DNA of 64,000 bases from NCBI GenBank assembly GCA_963702185.1, contig OY969723.1, positions 742,075-806,074 on the forward strand. Direction: 5' to 3'. The stretch comes from an uncultured Solirubrobacterales bacterium. Its GTDB lineage: Bacteria > Actinomycetota > Thermoleophilia > Solirubrobacterales > Solirubrobacteraceae. Each line of letters opens with the position of its first letter. Positions within the stretch are counted from its first letter, which is position 1. A program made the translations under genes and the position numbers. The notes under the pieces are model-generated. The model searched no databases and was not told the DNA's origin. It saw only the letters and a list, made by a program, of their open reading frames with translations. Shown here piece by piece: positions 25,805 to 36,300 of this stretch.

Positions 25805-28226
25805 CCGGCGCGGCGTGCATCGTGCGCAGGCGCACGTCACGCCAGGACAGACCCTCGTTGAACAGCGCGGGCAGGCCCATCAGCAGGGCGGTGGAGACCT
25901 CGACCGCCTGCAGCACGATCCCGTAGGCGATCGCGTCTGCCGTGTGGACGTGGTAGGCGCCGGCGAGCACCGCGACACAGGCGGCCTGAAACACGCCGAC
26001 GTTGGCGGGCGTGGCGGGGATCGCGGCGGTGACGTTGACCGCGAACAGCACGCCCGCCGCCGCGGCGGCGCTGTCCGGGAAGTTCAGGCCGAGCGCCATC
26101 AACAGCAGCCAGCACGACAGCCACTGCAGCGACCAGGCGCCGAGTTGGCCGACGGTCGCCAGCGCGGCGGAGCGCACGTGGCGAAACACGCGCAGACCGT
26201 CGCGCAGTCGCAACAGCACCCCGCGCAACCCAGCCAGCAGCGCCTGCAGGCGCCGCGAGCGCGCGACCGCCTGCGCCGGGATCAACACGGGCGCAAGCAA
26301 CACCGCCACGAGCGCCGCCAGCGGCGCGAGCGCGATCAAAAGCAGCCCGCGGTCGTGCCCGTCGAGCACGCTCACGCTCGACAGCGTCACACTGCCGAGA
26401 ATCACAAGCGCGAGCAGGTTGAGCAGCGTTTGCGAGACCATCGTGCCGAGCACGACCGGCAGCGTCTCGCGCGCGCGGCCCAGACGCCGGGCGACGATCA
26501 GCGCGCGCGAGGGCTCGCCCAGGCGTGCCGGCAGCGTGGAGGACATCAGCACGCCGATGAACGTCCCCTGCATCGCGTCCCGCCGCCGTGCGCGCCGCCA
26601 GGTGGGGGCGACTGCGAGGATCGCGTGCCAGGCAAGCGCGCGCACGAACATCGCCGAGCACATCACCGCCAGCCCGGCGGCCAGCAAGCCGGGCTTGGAG
26701 GCCACCAGCGAGGCTGCCACGCGAGTGACGCCGATGCGCTGCAGGGCGAGGACCGCGAGGGCGGCGCCGAGCAGCGTGCTGAGCGCGAGCCCCACGCGGC
26801 GCAGTGTGCGTCTCCTGCGCGGTCCTGCCCCCGGCGTCGCCGAGGGCGCCGGAGCGGACTGCAGCGAGGGCAGCCGCTGGGCGGGAATGCCGGGTTGTAG
26901 GTCGGCGGGCATCAACCCGTGTCGCACCGCCAACCGGGCCGTGCGCGTGGCGGGCTCTCCCACGGCGATCGCCTGCTCGTAGCAGTCGAGCACTTCGGCG
27001 GCGACGTGGGGCCAGGCAAAGCGCTCGGCGCGCTCGCGGGCGGCAAGCGCCATCCGCGCGCGGCGCTCGGGTTCCAGGGCCAGCCGGCGCAGCTCCTGCG
27101 CGAGCGCCACCGGGTCTCCCGGTGCGACGAGTTGCCCGTCGATCCCGTTGCGCAGCACGTCGCGATAGCCGGGGATGTCCGAGGCCAGCACGGGCGTGCC
27201 GGCGGCCAGGCCCTCGGTCAGGACCATGCCAAAGCTCTCGCCGTGCAGCGAGGGCGCACACAGCACGTCGGCCCGGGCGAGCTCCGCGCGCTTGCGAAGC
27301 TCAGAGACCTTGCCGAGCGCGCTGACGCCGCGGTCATCGAGCATCATGTGCCTCACCTCTTCGGGGCCAGCGCCGACGAGGGTGAGGGTAGCGGGGACGT
27401 GGTCGCGCAGCGCCTCGAAAGCGCGCAACAAGACGGGCAGGCCCTTGCGCTCGACGGCCTGGCCGATGAACAGGATGCGCAGGGGCGCCAGAGCGGTCGC
27501 GGGTGTGAAGAGGCTCGGGGGTCGTTCTGCAAAATCGGCTTCGAAATGCGCGCGCCCGCGCGCGCCTACGCACGCGCGGGCGTTAACGCCGTCGCTCGAG
27601 ACATCACCACCGCCCCTACCTTCCGAGCCGACCCCGCCTCCCGCACCGTCCGCATCGAGGTGCACCCCGTTGGGCACGATCCGGTAGCGCCCGCCATAGA
27701 AGCGCCTGGCCGTCCAGGCCGCGGCCTCCGAGACGGCGATGCGCACGCGCAGGCGGTTCATGCGCCGGCGCCCACCGAGGGGCACGGCGGCGATGCCGTT
27801 GGAGATCCGGTTCTCCGAGTAGGTGTGGAACGTGCCTACGAGCGGCAATCCGCAGGCCCCGCGCAGCACATCCCAACAGACCATCGGCACGACCGGCTCG
27901 TGCAGGTGCACGACGTCGTAGCCGCCGTCGCGCAGCTCGCGGCGCAGCGCGAGCACGGCGGTCGGCAGACCGGTGATGTTCGAGACCGCGCCGTTGGCGG
28001 GCAGGCCGAACGTGCGCCCGAGCGAGACGAACCCGTCGGGCGCAGCAAGCAGCTGGGGGCGCGCGCCACGGTGCAGATGCCGCGCCAGCGCGTCGTCGGG
28101 GTCATATGGCGCGAGGATGCGACTGTCGTGCCCGAGCGAGCGCAGCTCCGCGGAGAGCGCCTCGATGTGACGCGTGACGCCGCCGGGGTATGTCCAGGAG
28201 TACGGCGAAACCAGGGCGATCCGCAC
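25743..28226 (-). CDS. Fusion protein: PimA-like GT4 glycosyltransferase (N-terminal) + UPF0104/LPG-synthase-TM flippase-like domain (C-terminal)
   Basis: The N-terminus MRIALVSPYSWTYPGGVTRHIEALSAELRSLGHDSRILAP closely parallels mycobacterial PimA. It has an EX7E-type region (HGESFGMVLTEGLAAGTPVLASD). The C-terminal ~330 aa form about 8 TM helices typical of the lysylphosphatidylglycerol-synthase TM region family. Its 3' end overlaps the metH 3' end by 62 nt (convergent). Confidence 0.75.
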   Translation of the reverse strand: MRIALVSPYSWTYPGGVTRHIEALSAELRSLGHDSRILAPYDPDDALARHLHRGARPQLLAAPDGFVSLGRTFGLPANGAVSNITGLPTAVLALRRELRDGGYDVVHLHEPVVPMVCWDVLRGACGLPLVGTFHTYSENRISNGIAAVPLGGRRRMNRLRVRIAVSEAAAWTARRFYGGRYRIVPNGVHLDADGAGGGVGSEGRGGGDVSSDGVNARACVGARGRAHFEADFAERPPSLFTPATALAPLRILFIGQAVERKGLPVLLRAFEALRDHVPATLTLVGAGPEEVRHMMLDDRGVSALGKVSELRKRAELARADVLCAPSLHGESFGMVLTEGLAAGTPVLASDIPGYRDVLRNGIDGQLVAPGDPVALAQELRRLALEPERRARMALAARERAERFAWPHVAAEVLDCYEQAIAVGEPATRTARLAVRHGLMPADLQPGIPAQRLPSLQSAPAPSATPGAGPRRRRTLRRVGLALSTLLGAALAVLALQRIGVTRVAASLVASKPGLLAAGLAVMCSAMFVRALAWHAILAVAPTWRRARRRDAMQGTFIGVLMSSTLPARLGEPSRALIVARRLGRARETLPVVLGTMVSQTLLNLLALVILGSVTLSSVSVLDGHDRGLLLIALAPLAALVAVLLAPVLIPAQAVARSRRLQALLAGLRGVLLRLRDGLRVFRHVRSAALATVGQLGAWSLQWLSCWLLLMALGLNFPDSAAAAAGVLFAVNVTAAIPATPANVGVFQAACVAVLAGAYHVHTADAIAYGIVLQAVEVSTALLMGLPALFNEGLSWRDVRLRTMHAAPVTLGPLPVSDRTAMDPGLSP

Positions 28227-28327
28227 AGGACGAGTCTACCGATAGGGGGCGACGAACCTAGGGAAGGAGACGGGCCTCGGGGGGACGCGAGGACCTCGGC
28301 GCCCCACCATCGCCATCCCGTGCCGCA

Positions 28328-29089
28328 ATGCGACGCGTGTTGGCACAAGCGCTGCGGCTGACCTGGCCGGGCTGCGATAATCGAGTCGTGGCCGGCCGGC
28401 ACTTCGTCAAGTACACGTTCCTGCACATGGACCCGGCCTGGAGGCGGCTGGACGGGATCCAGCGCGAGCAGGGCAAGCGCGAGCTGATCGCCGCCTGCGA
28501 GGACTTCGCCGATGGGCACCTGCTGCAGTCGTTCTCGCTGGTCGGCACGCGCGGCGACGCCGAGCTGCTGCTGATCGCAGAGGCCGAGAACCTGGAGCGC
28601 ATCCACGAGCTGCACGTGATCATGGCCCAGAGCGGACTGATGAAGTGGGCGAGCGTGCCCTACTCGTTCCTGGGGATGCGCAAGTCCTCGGAATACTCCG
28701 AAGACGAGCGCGCCGTGCCGCGCGCGTTCAAAGGCAAGTACGTGTTCGTGTACCCGTTCGTCAAGTCCCGCGAGTGGTATGCCCTGCCCGGCGAGGAGCG
28801 CTGGCGGATCATGCAAGGACACATCCAGGTGGGGCGGGAATACCCGGGCGTGGACAACCACACGACCTACTCGTTCGGCCTGGACGACCAGGAGTTCGTG
28901 GTGGCGTTCGACACCGACGACGTAGGCACGTTCCTGGACCTCGTACAGCGGCTGCGCACGACGGAGGCGTCGCGCTACACGGTGCGCGATACGCCGAGCT
29001 TCACCTGCATCCGCATGTCGCTGGAGCGCGCGCTGAACGCGCTCGACGGCGAGCCGATCGGCGTGGAGGCGGCGCTCGGCGCCGTCTGA
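28328..29089 (+). CDS. hemQ: Coproheme decarboxylase / chlorite-dismutase-family protein
   Basis: 253 aa. Matching segments: YTFLHMDPAWRRL, YVFVYPFVKSREWYALP, TTYSFGLDDQEFVVAFDTDD, RLRTTEASRY. The start is uncertain (alternative GTG at 28388). Confidence 0.8.
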   Translation: MRRVLAQALRLTWPGCDNRVVAGRHFVKYTFLHMDPAWRRLDGIQREQGKRELIAACEDFADGHLLQSFSLVGTRGDAELLLIAEAENLERIHELHVIMAQSGLMKWASVPYSFLGMRKSSEYSEDERAVPRAFKGKYVFVYPFVKSREWYALPGEERWRIMQGHIQVGREYPGVDNHTTYSFGLDDQEFVVAFDTDDVGTFLDLVQRLRTTEASRYTVRDTPSFTCIRMSLERALNALDGEPIGVEAALGAV

Positions 29090-29098
29090 GCGGACGCT

Positions 29099-29758
29099 GT
29101 GGCCGCCACCGGAGCCAAACCTCAGCGCCGGCCGGGCCCTCGCGCCGGCCTGGCCCATCTCAAGCGGGCGGACCCGGTGCTGGCCGGTGTGATCGAAGAT
29201 GTCGGCAAGCTGCCCGACGCACGCGACGGCAGGCCGGACAAGGACGACCACTACGGCGCGCTGGTGCGGGCGATCACCGGTCAGCAGCTGTCGGTCAAGG
29301 CCGCCCGCGCGATCTACGGCCGATTGACCGATCGCTTCGGTGGCAGGCCGCCTACGCCGGCGGAGATCCTGGAGGACGAGCCCGAGGAGCTGCGCGCCGC
29401 GGCCGGGCTGTCGCGGGCGAAGGTCGGATTCCTGCGGTCCCTGGCTGAGCACGTGCTGAGTGGCGAGCTGGAGCTGGAGCGCCTGGACGAGCTGGACGAT
29501 GAGGCGGTGATGGAGGAGCTTGTCGCAGTCAAGGGCCTCGGCGCCTGGACCGCGCACATGTTCCTGATGTTCCACCTGGAGCGCCCGGACGTGCTGGCTG
29601 TCGGAGACCTCGGCATCCGCCGGGCGATCGAGCGGGCGTACGAGCTGGACGAGCTGCCCGAGGCTGGGACGATCGAGGAGATAGCCGAGCCCTGGCGACC
29701 CTATCGCACGCTCGCCTGCCGGTACCTGTGGCGCTCGCTGGCCAACGAGCCGACGTAG
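29099..29758 (+). CDS. HhH-GPD DNA glycosylase (3-methyladenine DNA glycosylase II, AlkA-like)
   Basis: 219 aa from GTG. LVAVKGLGAWTAHMFLMFHLERPDVLAVGDLGIRRA is the helix-hairpin-helix/GPD region with a catalytic Asp. Confidence 0.75.
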   Translation: MAATGAKPQRRPGPRAGLAHLKRADPVLAGVIEDVGKLPDARDGRPDKDDHYGALVRAITGQQLSVKAARAIYGRLTDRFGGRPPTPAEILEDEPEELRAAAGLSRAKVGFLRSLAEHVLSGELELERLDELDDEAVMEELVAVKGLGAWTAHMFLMFHLERPDVLAVGDLGIRRAIERAYELDELPEAGTIEEIAEPWRPYRTLACRYLWRSLANEPT

Positions 29759-29760
29759 AG

Positions 29761-32700
29761 CTACTTGTTGGTCCTGGTCCGCTTGGTGTTGGCCTTGGCC
29801 CGCTTGGCCTTTGCCCGCTTGGCCTTGGCAACCTTCAGCCCGTACCGCTTGTGAGCCGCCCGTTCGCAGGCCGCTCGCTTGGCATGCCTGTGCTTGTACC
29901 TGGCCCTGCACGCGCGCAGCGCTTTGGCCAGCAGCTGCGCCCTCGTGGGCTGCCTTGCTTTGGCGCTCTTGACCCCACCGCAGCCGAGGATCGAGACCTT
30001 CGTGTCAGCGCTCGCGAAACCGCCGTCCTGAGCTGTGATTTCGGTGGGCATCGTGAGCGACTGCTTGCACAGACTGAAGTGTTCGCGTTCGGGCACGTTC
30101 GGGGTCAACACCGAGTGCGGGCCGGCCGGGAAGGTCGATTCGAACCTGGTGAACGGCGCGTCCGGCAGTGATTCGAAGCGGGAGTAGGTGATCCCGTTCT
30201 TGATCTGGGTCTTGCCGTCGAGCAATATTTCGATGCCGTCCCCCCGCAGCGGGAACTCGATGTCGGGAAAAGCGGCGCCACCGTGGGAGACCAGGTAGGC
30301 CTTGCCCGTGAGCGGTTCGCCGAACACGGGAGTAGTGACGGTTCCCTGGCCGATCACCGAGCCCGCATCGCAGCCGGCCGGGTCGGCCGCGAAGACCGCT
30401 TCCGGACAGGCCTGCTGGAGCGTGGTCAAACGCGAGGACAGCTGCTTGGGGAGCGTCAGGTCGACCTTGCCGACGTTCGCCTGGCCCAGCCCCGACGACT
30501 GCACGGTCACGTTGAAAGTGGTCCCGTCGGCTTTGCTGCCGTGGCCCACCACCGAGGCGGTCAGCTTGGGGGCGAACGGCAGCGCCGAGCAGTCGACCAC
30601 CCCGAAGGAGGACGACGGTTCGAGGATCGCGCCTTCATCGCCGGTCAGCCTGCCGGCGACCGACGTCTGGGAGCAGCTGGTCGGGTTGAACATGAATTCG
30701 GGCCGGTCGATCGTCACGTAGACCTGTTTGAGCTGGACCGGTACACCGTGGAGCATCGTCGGCAGCGATTCGCCGCGCGGGCCCGCGTCGGTGGTGACGG
30801 TCACGGCCGCCGTTTCCCGGTTCACTTCGATCCGCGCGCGCACGTTGACCACGCCGAGTTCGAACGGTCCGGCATGTGCACGAGTGGAAACCAGCAGGCC
30901 GTACGGCGCGCCGTCGTAGCCGCTGGTCAGGTACACCCCGGGCGTCACGCCCTTGTACGTGCTCGGGGGGGCTTCTTCGGTGCGCAACGTGATGGGGTCC
31001 GGGCCGAGGCCGGAGGCCGTTTCGGCTTGGCCGATCAGGCTGTCCGAACCGCACGTCCATTCCCGGCCGGCCGGCGGTTCGGGGCAGGGGGTGACCTTGG
31101 CGATCAGGCCCGCGAGGCCCGGCGGCAGCCGCACCGTTACGCCGTTCAGCGCCTGATCGCCGTCGGGGCGTTCGATCGTGAGGTCAAACGAAGTGAAGGC
31201 GCCCGCCTGGCTGTCGGCGACGCCGGCCGCAAGGGAGGGGCTGAACGGCAGCGGACCCTGGGTCTGGCAGGAGCCGCCGTTCGGTCCCGATGAAAGCGCG
31301 AAGCTCGAGGAGCGCTGCACCGGCGCCTGGCCGGACCACGGTCCGAAGGAGGCGTTCGTTGCATAGCCGCGGCAGTAGGCGGGCGTGGCGAGCGTGGCCC
31401 TGGGACCGTCGAAGAAGTGCAGCCTGAGGGTCTCGAACGGCAGTGGCGGGGCGTTTCTGAAGACGGAAGTCAGCTGGCCGGTAGGGCCGATCTGGATTTC
31501 CCCGGCAAGCTTGATGCGCACTCCGGAGACGGGGTCTTCGGCGACGAGGTACATGACCAGGGGCGAGGTGAAGGGATCGGTGTCCTGTTCGCCCAGGTAC
31601 ATGGAGCCATGCAGTTCGTTTTCGAGCAGCGGACTCTTGATCGCGACTTCGCCGATCTTGGACGCGTCCGGACAGGTCACCGGTTCCGGGGTGAAGTGGT
31701 CGTTTTCGAGCTGGTAGGCTTCGCCGAGTCCCTGCTGGAAACCGTCGAAGCCCGCCGCTTCCTGACCCGCGACCCCGTCGCGCCCCGCGGCCGCGCATGT
31801 CTGTAGCCCGCCCGCGGCGCCCGGGTTGGCCTGCATGCCGGCGGGCAGCGTGACCGTCGTTTCCCTCAGGTCGGCCTCCGCCAGCCCGCCGGCCGCGAGC
31901 GTGGTCGCCTGCGGGAGCGTCATTTCGACCTTCAGGCCAGTCGGCGTGCTCGTCGCGCTCTGGTCGGGCTTGACCAGGAGCGAGGGTTCGAACGGGAGCC
32001 GGTTGCAGCCTTCGAGACGCTCCTCGGACAGCGGTTCGACCGGGGTCTGCAGGCCCGCTCCCGGCTGCCAGGACTGGACTTGCAAGGAGGTTGTGAGCGG
32101 TTGCCCGCAGGAGGTGGGCATCGTCAGGTACGGGGGCGGGCTCGACTGCCCCAGCGGGTTGCAGGCCGGCGGCGGTTCGAGGTGTTCCACGAAGTGCCCG
32201 CCGCCGAGGCATTCCCAGCCGCGCGCGTCGTCGTGGCTGGCTTCCCCGGGCACGCCCCAGATCGTCAGCACGCTGCCGAGCAGTTCGGCAGCCTCGGACA
32301 CATTTGCGACCTTCACCTGCACGGCGTAGCCCGCGCCGGTCTGCACGGAGGTGTCGAGAATCACCGGCACTTCGTCGAACTCGAACCCGAACCGCGCTGG
32401 CTCGCCGTAGGCGGGCGTCAGGTTGAAGACTGGAAACGTTTCGGTTCGGGTCTCGAAATACGGTTCTTTGAAGGTGACGATCACGGCGCCAACGGCTGTG
32501 TCGGCAGGGCAGGTGTCGCTGTCGCCGTTGCGCACCGTCGCGAAGGCCACATCCGAGCACTGCGGAATTGCGGTCGGGTCGCCGAGCAGGCCCGGCGGCA
32601 GTGTCGTGGTGAGGTTCTTGACGAGCGCAGGCGCGGCCGGCAGTTCGTTTTCGGGGTGCAGCGGATCGCGGGCGAACGTCTGGTTCAGCTCGATCGTGGT

Positions 32701-33306
32701 CGTCATCTGGAATGGGTGCGAGCCGGCCTGCTGATCGGGCGAGCCGTCTTCTTCTTCGGGACTCAGTTCGTAGCGTTCGACCCCGAACGACGTTCCGCCG
32801 GCGCTGGCGGTAATCGGTCGGCTCACCGCCTGCGGAGGCGCGTTGCCGCCTTCCACCTTGACCTCGTTTTCGCCCAGGTAGCCCGTCTGCTTGGCGCGTA
32901 CGCCGATCGACAGTTCCAGCGAGATGAACGGCGGCACGATGCCCGCGTAGGCGCAGCGCAGTTCCTTGCAGCTCAGCGCTGGGCGCTGCTGAGCGTCGAC
33001 CCCGGTGTCGGCCGTGCCCGTCATCCCCCTGGTCGCTTCCAGGCCGGCCGGCAGCGTGTCGGTGATCGTGACCGGTTCAGCGGGCGTGGCGAGCACGGAC
33101 GCGTCGCCGAGGTTGGCCACGACGCTCACGATCTCGCCGTTCTGTCCGGGCGCCAGATCGCTCGGCGCGGAGCGAGTGATGACGTCCCAGTGGGGAGCGT
33201 CGCCGAGCGCGGGCGCCGCGCCGGCGCAGGTCATCACCACCAGCGCCGCGCCCGCCAACGCCAGCGCCAGGGCCACCGCCGACACGAGCGGCCTGCGCAG
33301 GGTCAT
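29761..33306 (-). CDS. Large secreted protein (1181 aa), repeated Ig-like modules with recurrent LPxG(L/M)...C motifs and a basic two-Cys C-terminal module
   Basis: Signal peptide MTLRRPLVSAVALALALAGAALVVMTCAGA. Recurrent motifs: TTTLPPGLLGDPTAIPQC, VTLPAGMQANPGAAGGLQTC, VRLPPGLAGLIAKVTPC, LTLPKQLSSRLTTLQQAC. Its ATG overlaps the stop of the upstream gene (ATGA at 33303-33306). I recognise no family. Confidence 0.75.
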   Translation of the reverse strand: MTLRRPLVSAVALALALAGAALVVMTCAGAAPALGDAPHWDVITRSAPSDLAPGQNGEIVSVVANLGDASVLATPAEPVTITDTLPAGLEATRGMTGTADTGVDAQQRPALSCKELRCAYAGIVPPFISLELSIGVRAKQTGYLGENEVKVEGGNAPPQAVSRPITASAGGTSFGVERYELSPEEEDGSPDQQAGSHPFQMTTTIELNQTFARDPLHPENELPAAPALVKNLTTTLPPGLLGDPTAIPQCSDVAFATVRNGDSDTCPADTAVGAVIVTFKEPYFETRTETFPVFNLTPAYGEPARFGFEFDEVPVILDTSVQTGAGYAVQVKVANVSEAAELLGSVLTIWGVPGEASHDDARGWECLGGGHFVEHLEPPPACNPLGQSSPPPYLTMPTSCGQPLTTSLQVQSWQPGAGLQTPVEPLSEERLEGCNRLPFEPSLLVKPDQSATSTPTGLKVEMTLPQATTLAAGGLAEADLRETTVTLPAGMQANPGAAGGLQTCAAAGRDGVAGQEAAGFDGFQQGLGEAYQLENDHFTPEPVTCPDASKIGEVAIKSPLLENELHGSMYLGEQDTDPFTSPLVMYLVAEDPVSGVRIKLAGEIQIGPTGQLTSVFRNAPPLPFETLRLHFFDGPRATLATPAYCRGYATNASFGPWSGQAPVQRSSSFALSSGPNGGSCQTQGPLPFSPSLAAGVADSQAGAFTSFDLTIERPDGDQALNGVTVRLPPGLAGLIAKVTPCPEPPAGREWTCGSDSLIGQAETASGLGPDPITLRTEEAPPSTYKGVTPGVYLTSGYDGAPYGLLVSTRAHAGPFELGVVNVRARIEVNRETAAVTVTTDAGPRGESLPTMLHGVPVQLKQVYVTIDRPEFMFNPTSCSQTSVAGRLTGDEGAILEPSSSFGVVDCSALPFAPKLTASVVGHGSKADGTTFNVTVQSSGLGQANVGKVDLTLPKQLSSRLTTLQQACPEAVFAADPAGCDAGSVIGQGTVTTPVFGEPLTGKAYLVSHGGAAFPDIEFPLRGDGIEILLDGKTQIKNGITYSRFESLPDAPFTRFESTFPAGPHSVLTPNVPEREHFSLCKQSLTMPTEITAQDGGFASADTKVSILGCGGVKSAKARQPTRAQLLAKALRACRARYKHRHAKRAACERAAHKRYGLKVAKAKRAKAKRAKANTKRTRTNK

Positions 33307-36300
33307 CGTCCACCCCCCTTCCGCCGCGCCCGTTTGGCCGGCTTGGAGTCATAGCGTTTGCGTGCCTTGCGTTCGCACGCGACCCGCCGGCGCTTGGGCT
33401 TCTTGCGCTTGCACACCTTCAGCGCGTGCGCGAGCTGCTGGGCTCGCGTCAGCTTGGCCTTGGGTGCCTGCGTGCTTTTGGAGGCGAGCGTTTCCCGGTG
33501 AGCGGCGATGAGGTTGCCGGAGCCGGAGACGGTCGAGCTGGCGGGCGAGCCGTGGCCGGCCTGCGGGAGCGGCGCCTGTCGGCATTCGGCTTCGCTGGCG
33601 CAGGGGACCGAAGCAGCCGCCTGTTCCCCTGCGCACGGTTCGGCACCGAGCGCTGCACAGACTCGGGCGTCGTAGACGTCGAACGTCGTTTCGGGCTCGA
33701 GCGCGGACAATTTGGCGCTGGTCAAGAAGAACACGTCATCGCCCGTTTCGCTCGCGTCCAGGAACGCGGATTCCTGTTCGGATTCGCCCGAGGAGATCAG
33801 CGCGACGCAGCCGCCCGCGGTGTTACCCGTCTGGCAGCCGCCGACGCCCAGGGGCTCGTACTGGTAGACGTCCTCCTTGCCGTTGGTGTCGCGTGGCACG
33901 AGCGCGTCGGCGCTGTTAAAGAACAGCCGGCCGTCGTTGCCGAGATAGCGCGACTGGTAGAGAGATTCGAGCAGACCGACGGGAGTCCAGCCGGGCACGC
34001 TGGCGGCCAGCCAGTGATCGACGCCCGCGTACTGCGCGCCCCAGACCTGCGGACGATCGACGAGCAGGCCGATGCCTTCGCTGGATTCTTCGGTGTCATA
34101 GACGCCGGCCGGCTGGGCGCCACTCGGGTTGCACGACGCGCACACCAGGCTGCCCGCGCCCCCAGCGCCTTCGCCCGCCCCGCCTTCACTCACTCCGCCG
34201 TCGCCGCCGCCCGCGTCCGCACCTGCACCCACATCCGCGCCATAGCGGTAGAGGTAGACCTCCTCGTCGGCGACGCCGCTGGCCGCGTCGAAGTTGTTGT
34301 AGCCGGTCAGCGACCGATCGGACATGAACGCCAGGTATTCGCCGTCCGGCGAGACGCGAGAGGTCATCGTCTTCAGCTCGTAGTTGGAGCCCGGTTCCGG
34401 CCTGCCCCAGTCGGGGGCGTCTTCGTCGGAGAGGCGGGCGATGAAGCGCGGCTTTTCCCAACCGCCGGCGCCGTGGTGCACGACGTACAGGCTGCAGCCG
34501 GCGCCGCTGGGCGCGTCGAAGCGGCAGTCGCCCGGCTGGGCGCCTTCGGCGAGCACGCCGTTGGCGACAAAGTAGACCAGCGAGCCTGCGGATCCCGCAA
34601 GCACGCTGCCCTGGACGCCTGCGCCTTCGCCGCCGTTCAGATCGGGGGTTAGGTCGGTCAGGCGCTCGCCCGCGGGCCGAGCCGGTTCGAATGCGTAGAG
34701 ATCCCGCGGGGCTGCGTTCGCGGGGACTTCCGGAGCGGTCGATTCCGAGGTCAGCCGCTGGGAGTCGGTGAAGAACACCCTGGAGCCGTCGGAGCTGGCC
34801 GTCTGAAAGACGGGCTCGGGCGCGAGCTTGGACGCCGACGTGCCGCTGTTGGGTTCGTCGACCTCGAGTGTCTGTCCCTGGGCGACCTCACGCATGTAAA
34901 GGTGGCCTTCGCCGGCGCCGCCCGTGCGCCACACGACCCGCGCGCCGTCCGCGGAGATCGCCGTGCTCGACATTTCCCGGACCGTGTCGCCGCCGAGCGA
35001 CACCGATTCGCTGGCCTGCGCCCCGCTCGGCAGCACGCTGATCAGCTGCAGCGCTTCACGGGCAGGCTTGCCGGCGATCCACTCGTACAGCCCCGCGCCG
35101 GTGGCCCCCTTGGTGAGCGGCACCCCCGCCTGGAGGATCACGTGGCTCAGATCCGGGGTCGCCCCGGCGACCGCGACGCGGGAGGCGAACTGGCTTTCGG
35201 CGGTGACATCGCCCGCGGGCCCGCCCGTCAGCAGCGGCTCATAACAGCTCGCCGCCGTGCTCGCTTCGGCACCCACCGCCGCACCCGTGGCCGTTTCGCA
35301 GGCGGAGTTGTTGCGCAGGTAGATCGTTTTTTCGGGCAGATTGGGAGGGGCTTCGCTGGGCGGTTCGACTAGCGCCTGCTGCAGTTCGGTCGAGAACAGC
35401 TGGTACTCGCGCGTCAGCCCGCCGCGGATACCCTGGGCGCCCGTGTTGGGCGTGGCGATGTCCTGCGAGGCCCAGCCGCTCGCGGTGCGTGTCGAGAGGA
35501 TCTGCGCTCGTTCGGGCGCGCGGTTGCCTTCCGGTTCGTGTTCGCCGATGGGAGCGTCCGCCATGTAGGTGATCGAGCGGCCGTCGGCGGCCGCCTGCAC
35601 GAGGCCGCCTTCGCGGGCGATCGGTTCAATCGAGGCGCCGTGCTTGTCCGGTGGCGAGACCAGTTCCCAGGCGCGCCCGTCGGGCAGGAGCGCTTCGGCC
35701 GCAGCGGACTGCGTGGTGAAGGCCCGTTCTTCGCTGTAGACGGCCTCCGTGCCTTCGGCGAGATCGTTTTCGGCGATCACCCGGAAGTGGTAGGTGGTGC
35801 TCGGCGCAAGGCCCGCCACCTCGGCCGTAGCGATCTCATCGCCGAAGCCCTGGCCGATATAGCCACCGGAATCGGCCCCGCCGGAGCCAGCCCCACCGGA
35901 ACCGCCAGACCCGCCCGCAGCTGGCGCCTCGACGCAGGCCGACGGATCTTCGGCGCAGGCGCCCGTGCCGTACTGGAAGCGATAGTGGGTGGCGGCGCCG
36001 CTCGGATCTATCGTGGCGCGCAGTTCGGCCGTGCCTGCGGTCACATGCGCGGCCGACAGGCTGTCCGGCTCGACGACCGGCGGGCCGGGGGGCGCGGGCG
36101 TGAAGATGTCGATCCGCCCGGCGCTCGCGTCCGCCACGAGGACTTCGCCGGTGACGGCGTCAACCGTCAGGCCACTGCCGCCGCCGCCAGCAAGCTGGGC
36201 CGAGCCGAAGCGCTGGATGAGCGTGCCGGTCGAGGTGAACGCCGCGACGCTCGTGCCGTTGTCGAGGTAGACGTCGTCGCTTGCCTGCGTGCCGGTCGAC

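Noticed and set aside
27836-29911. 691-aa minus-strand ORF spanning the hemQ and alkA-like loci.
   Set aside because: It is antisense to two well-supported plus-strand genes and to the 5' end of the GT4 gene's neighbourhood. Its composition is low complexity and it shows no motifs.
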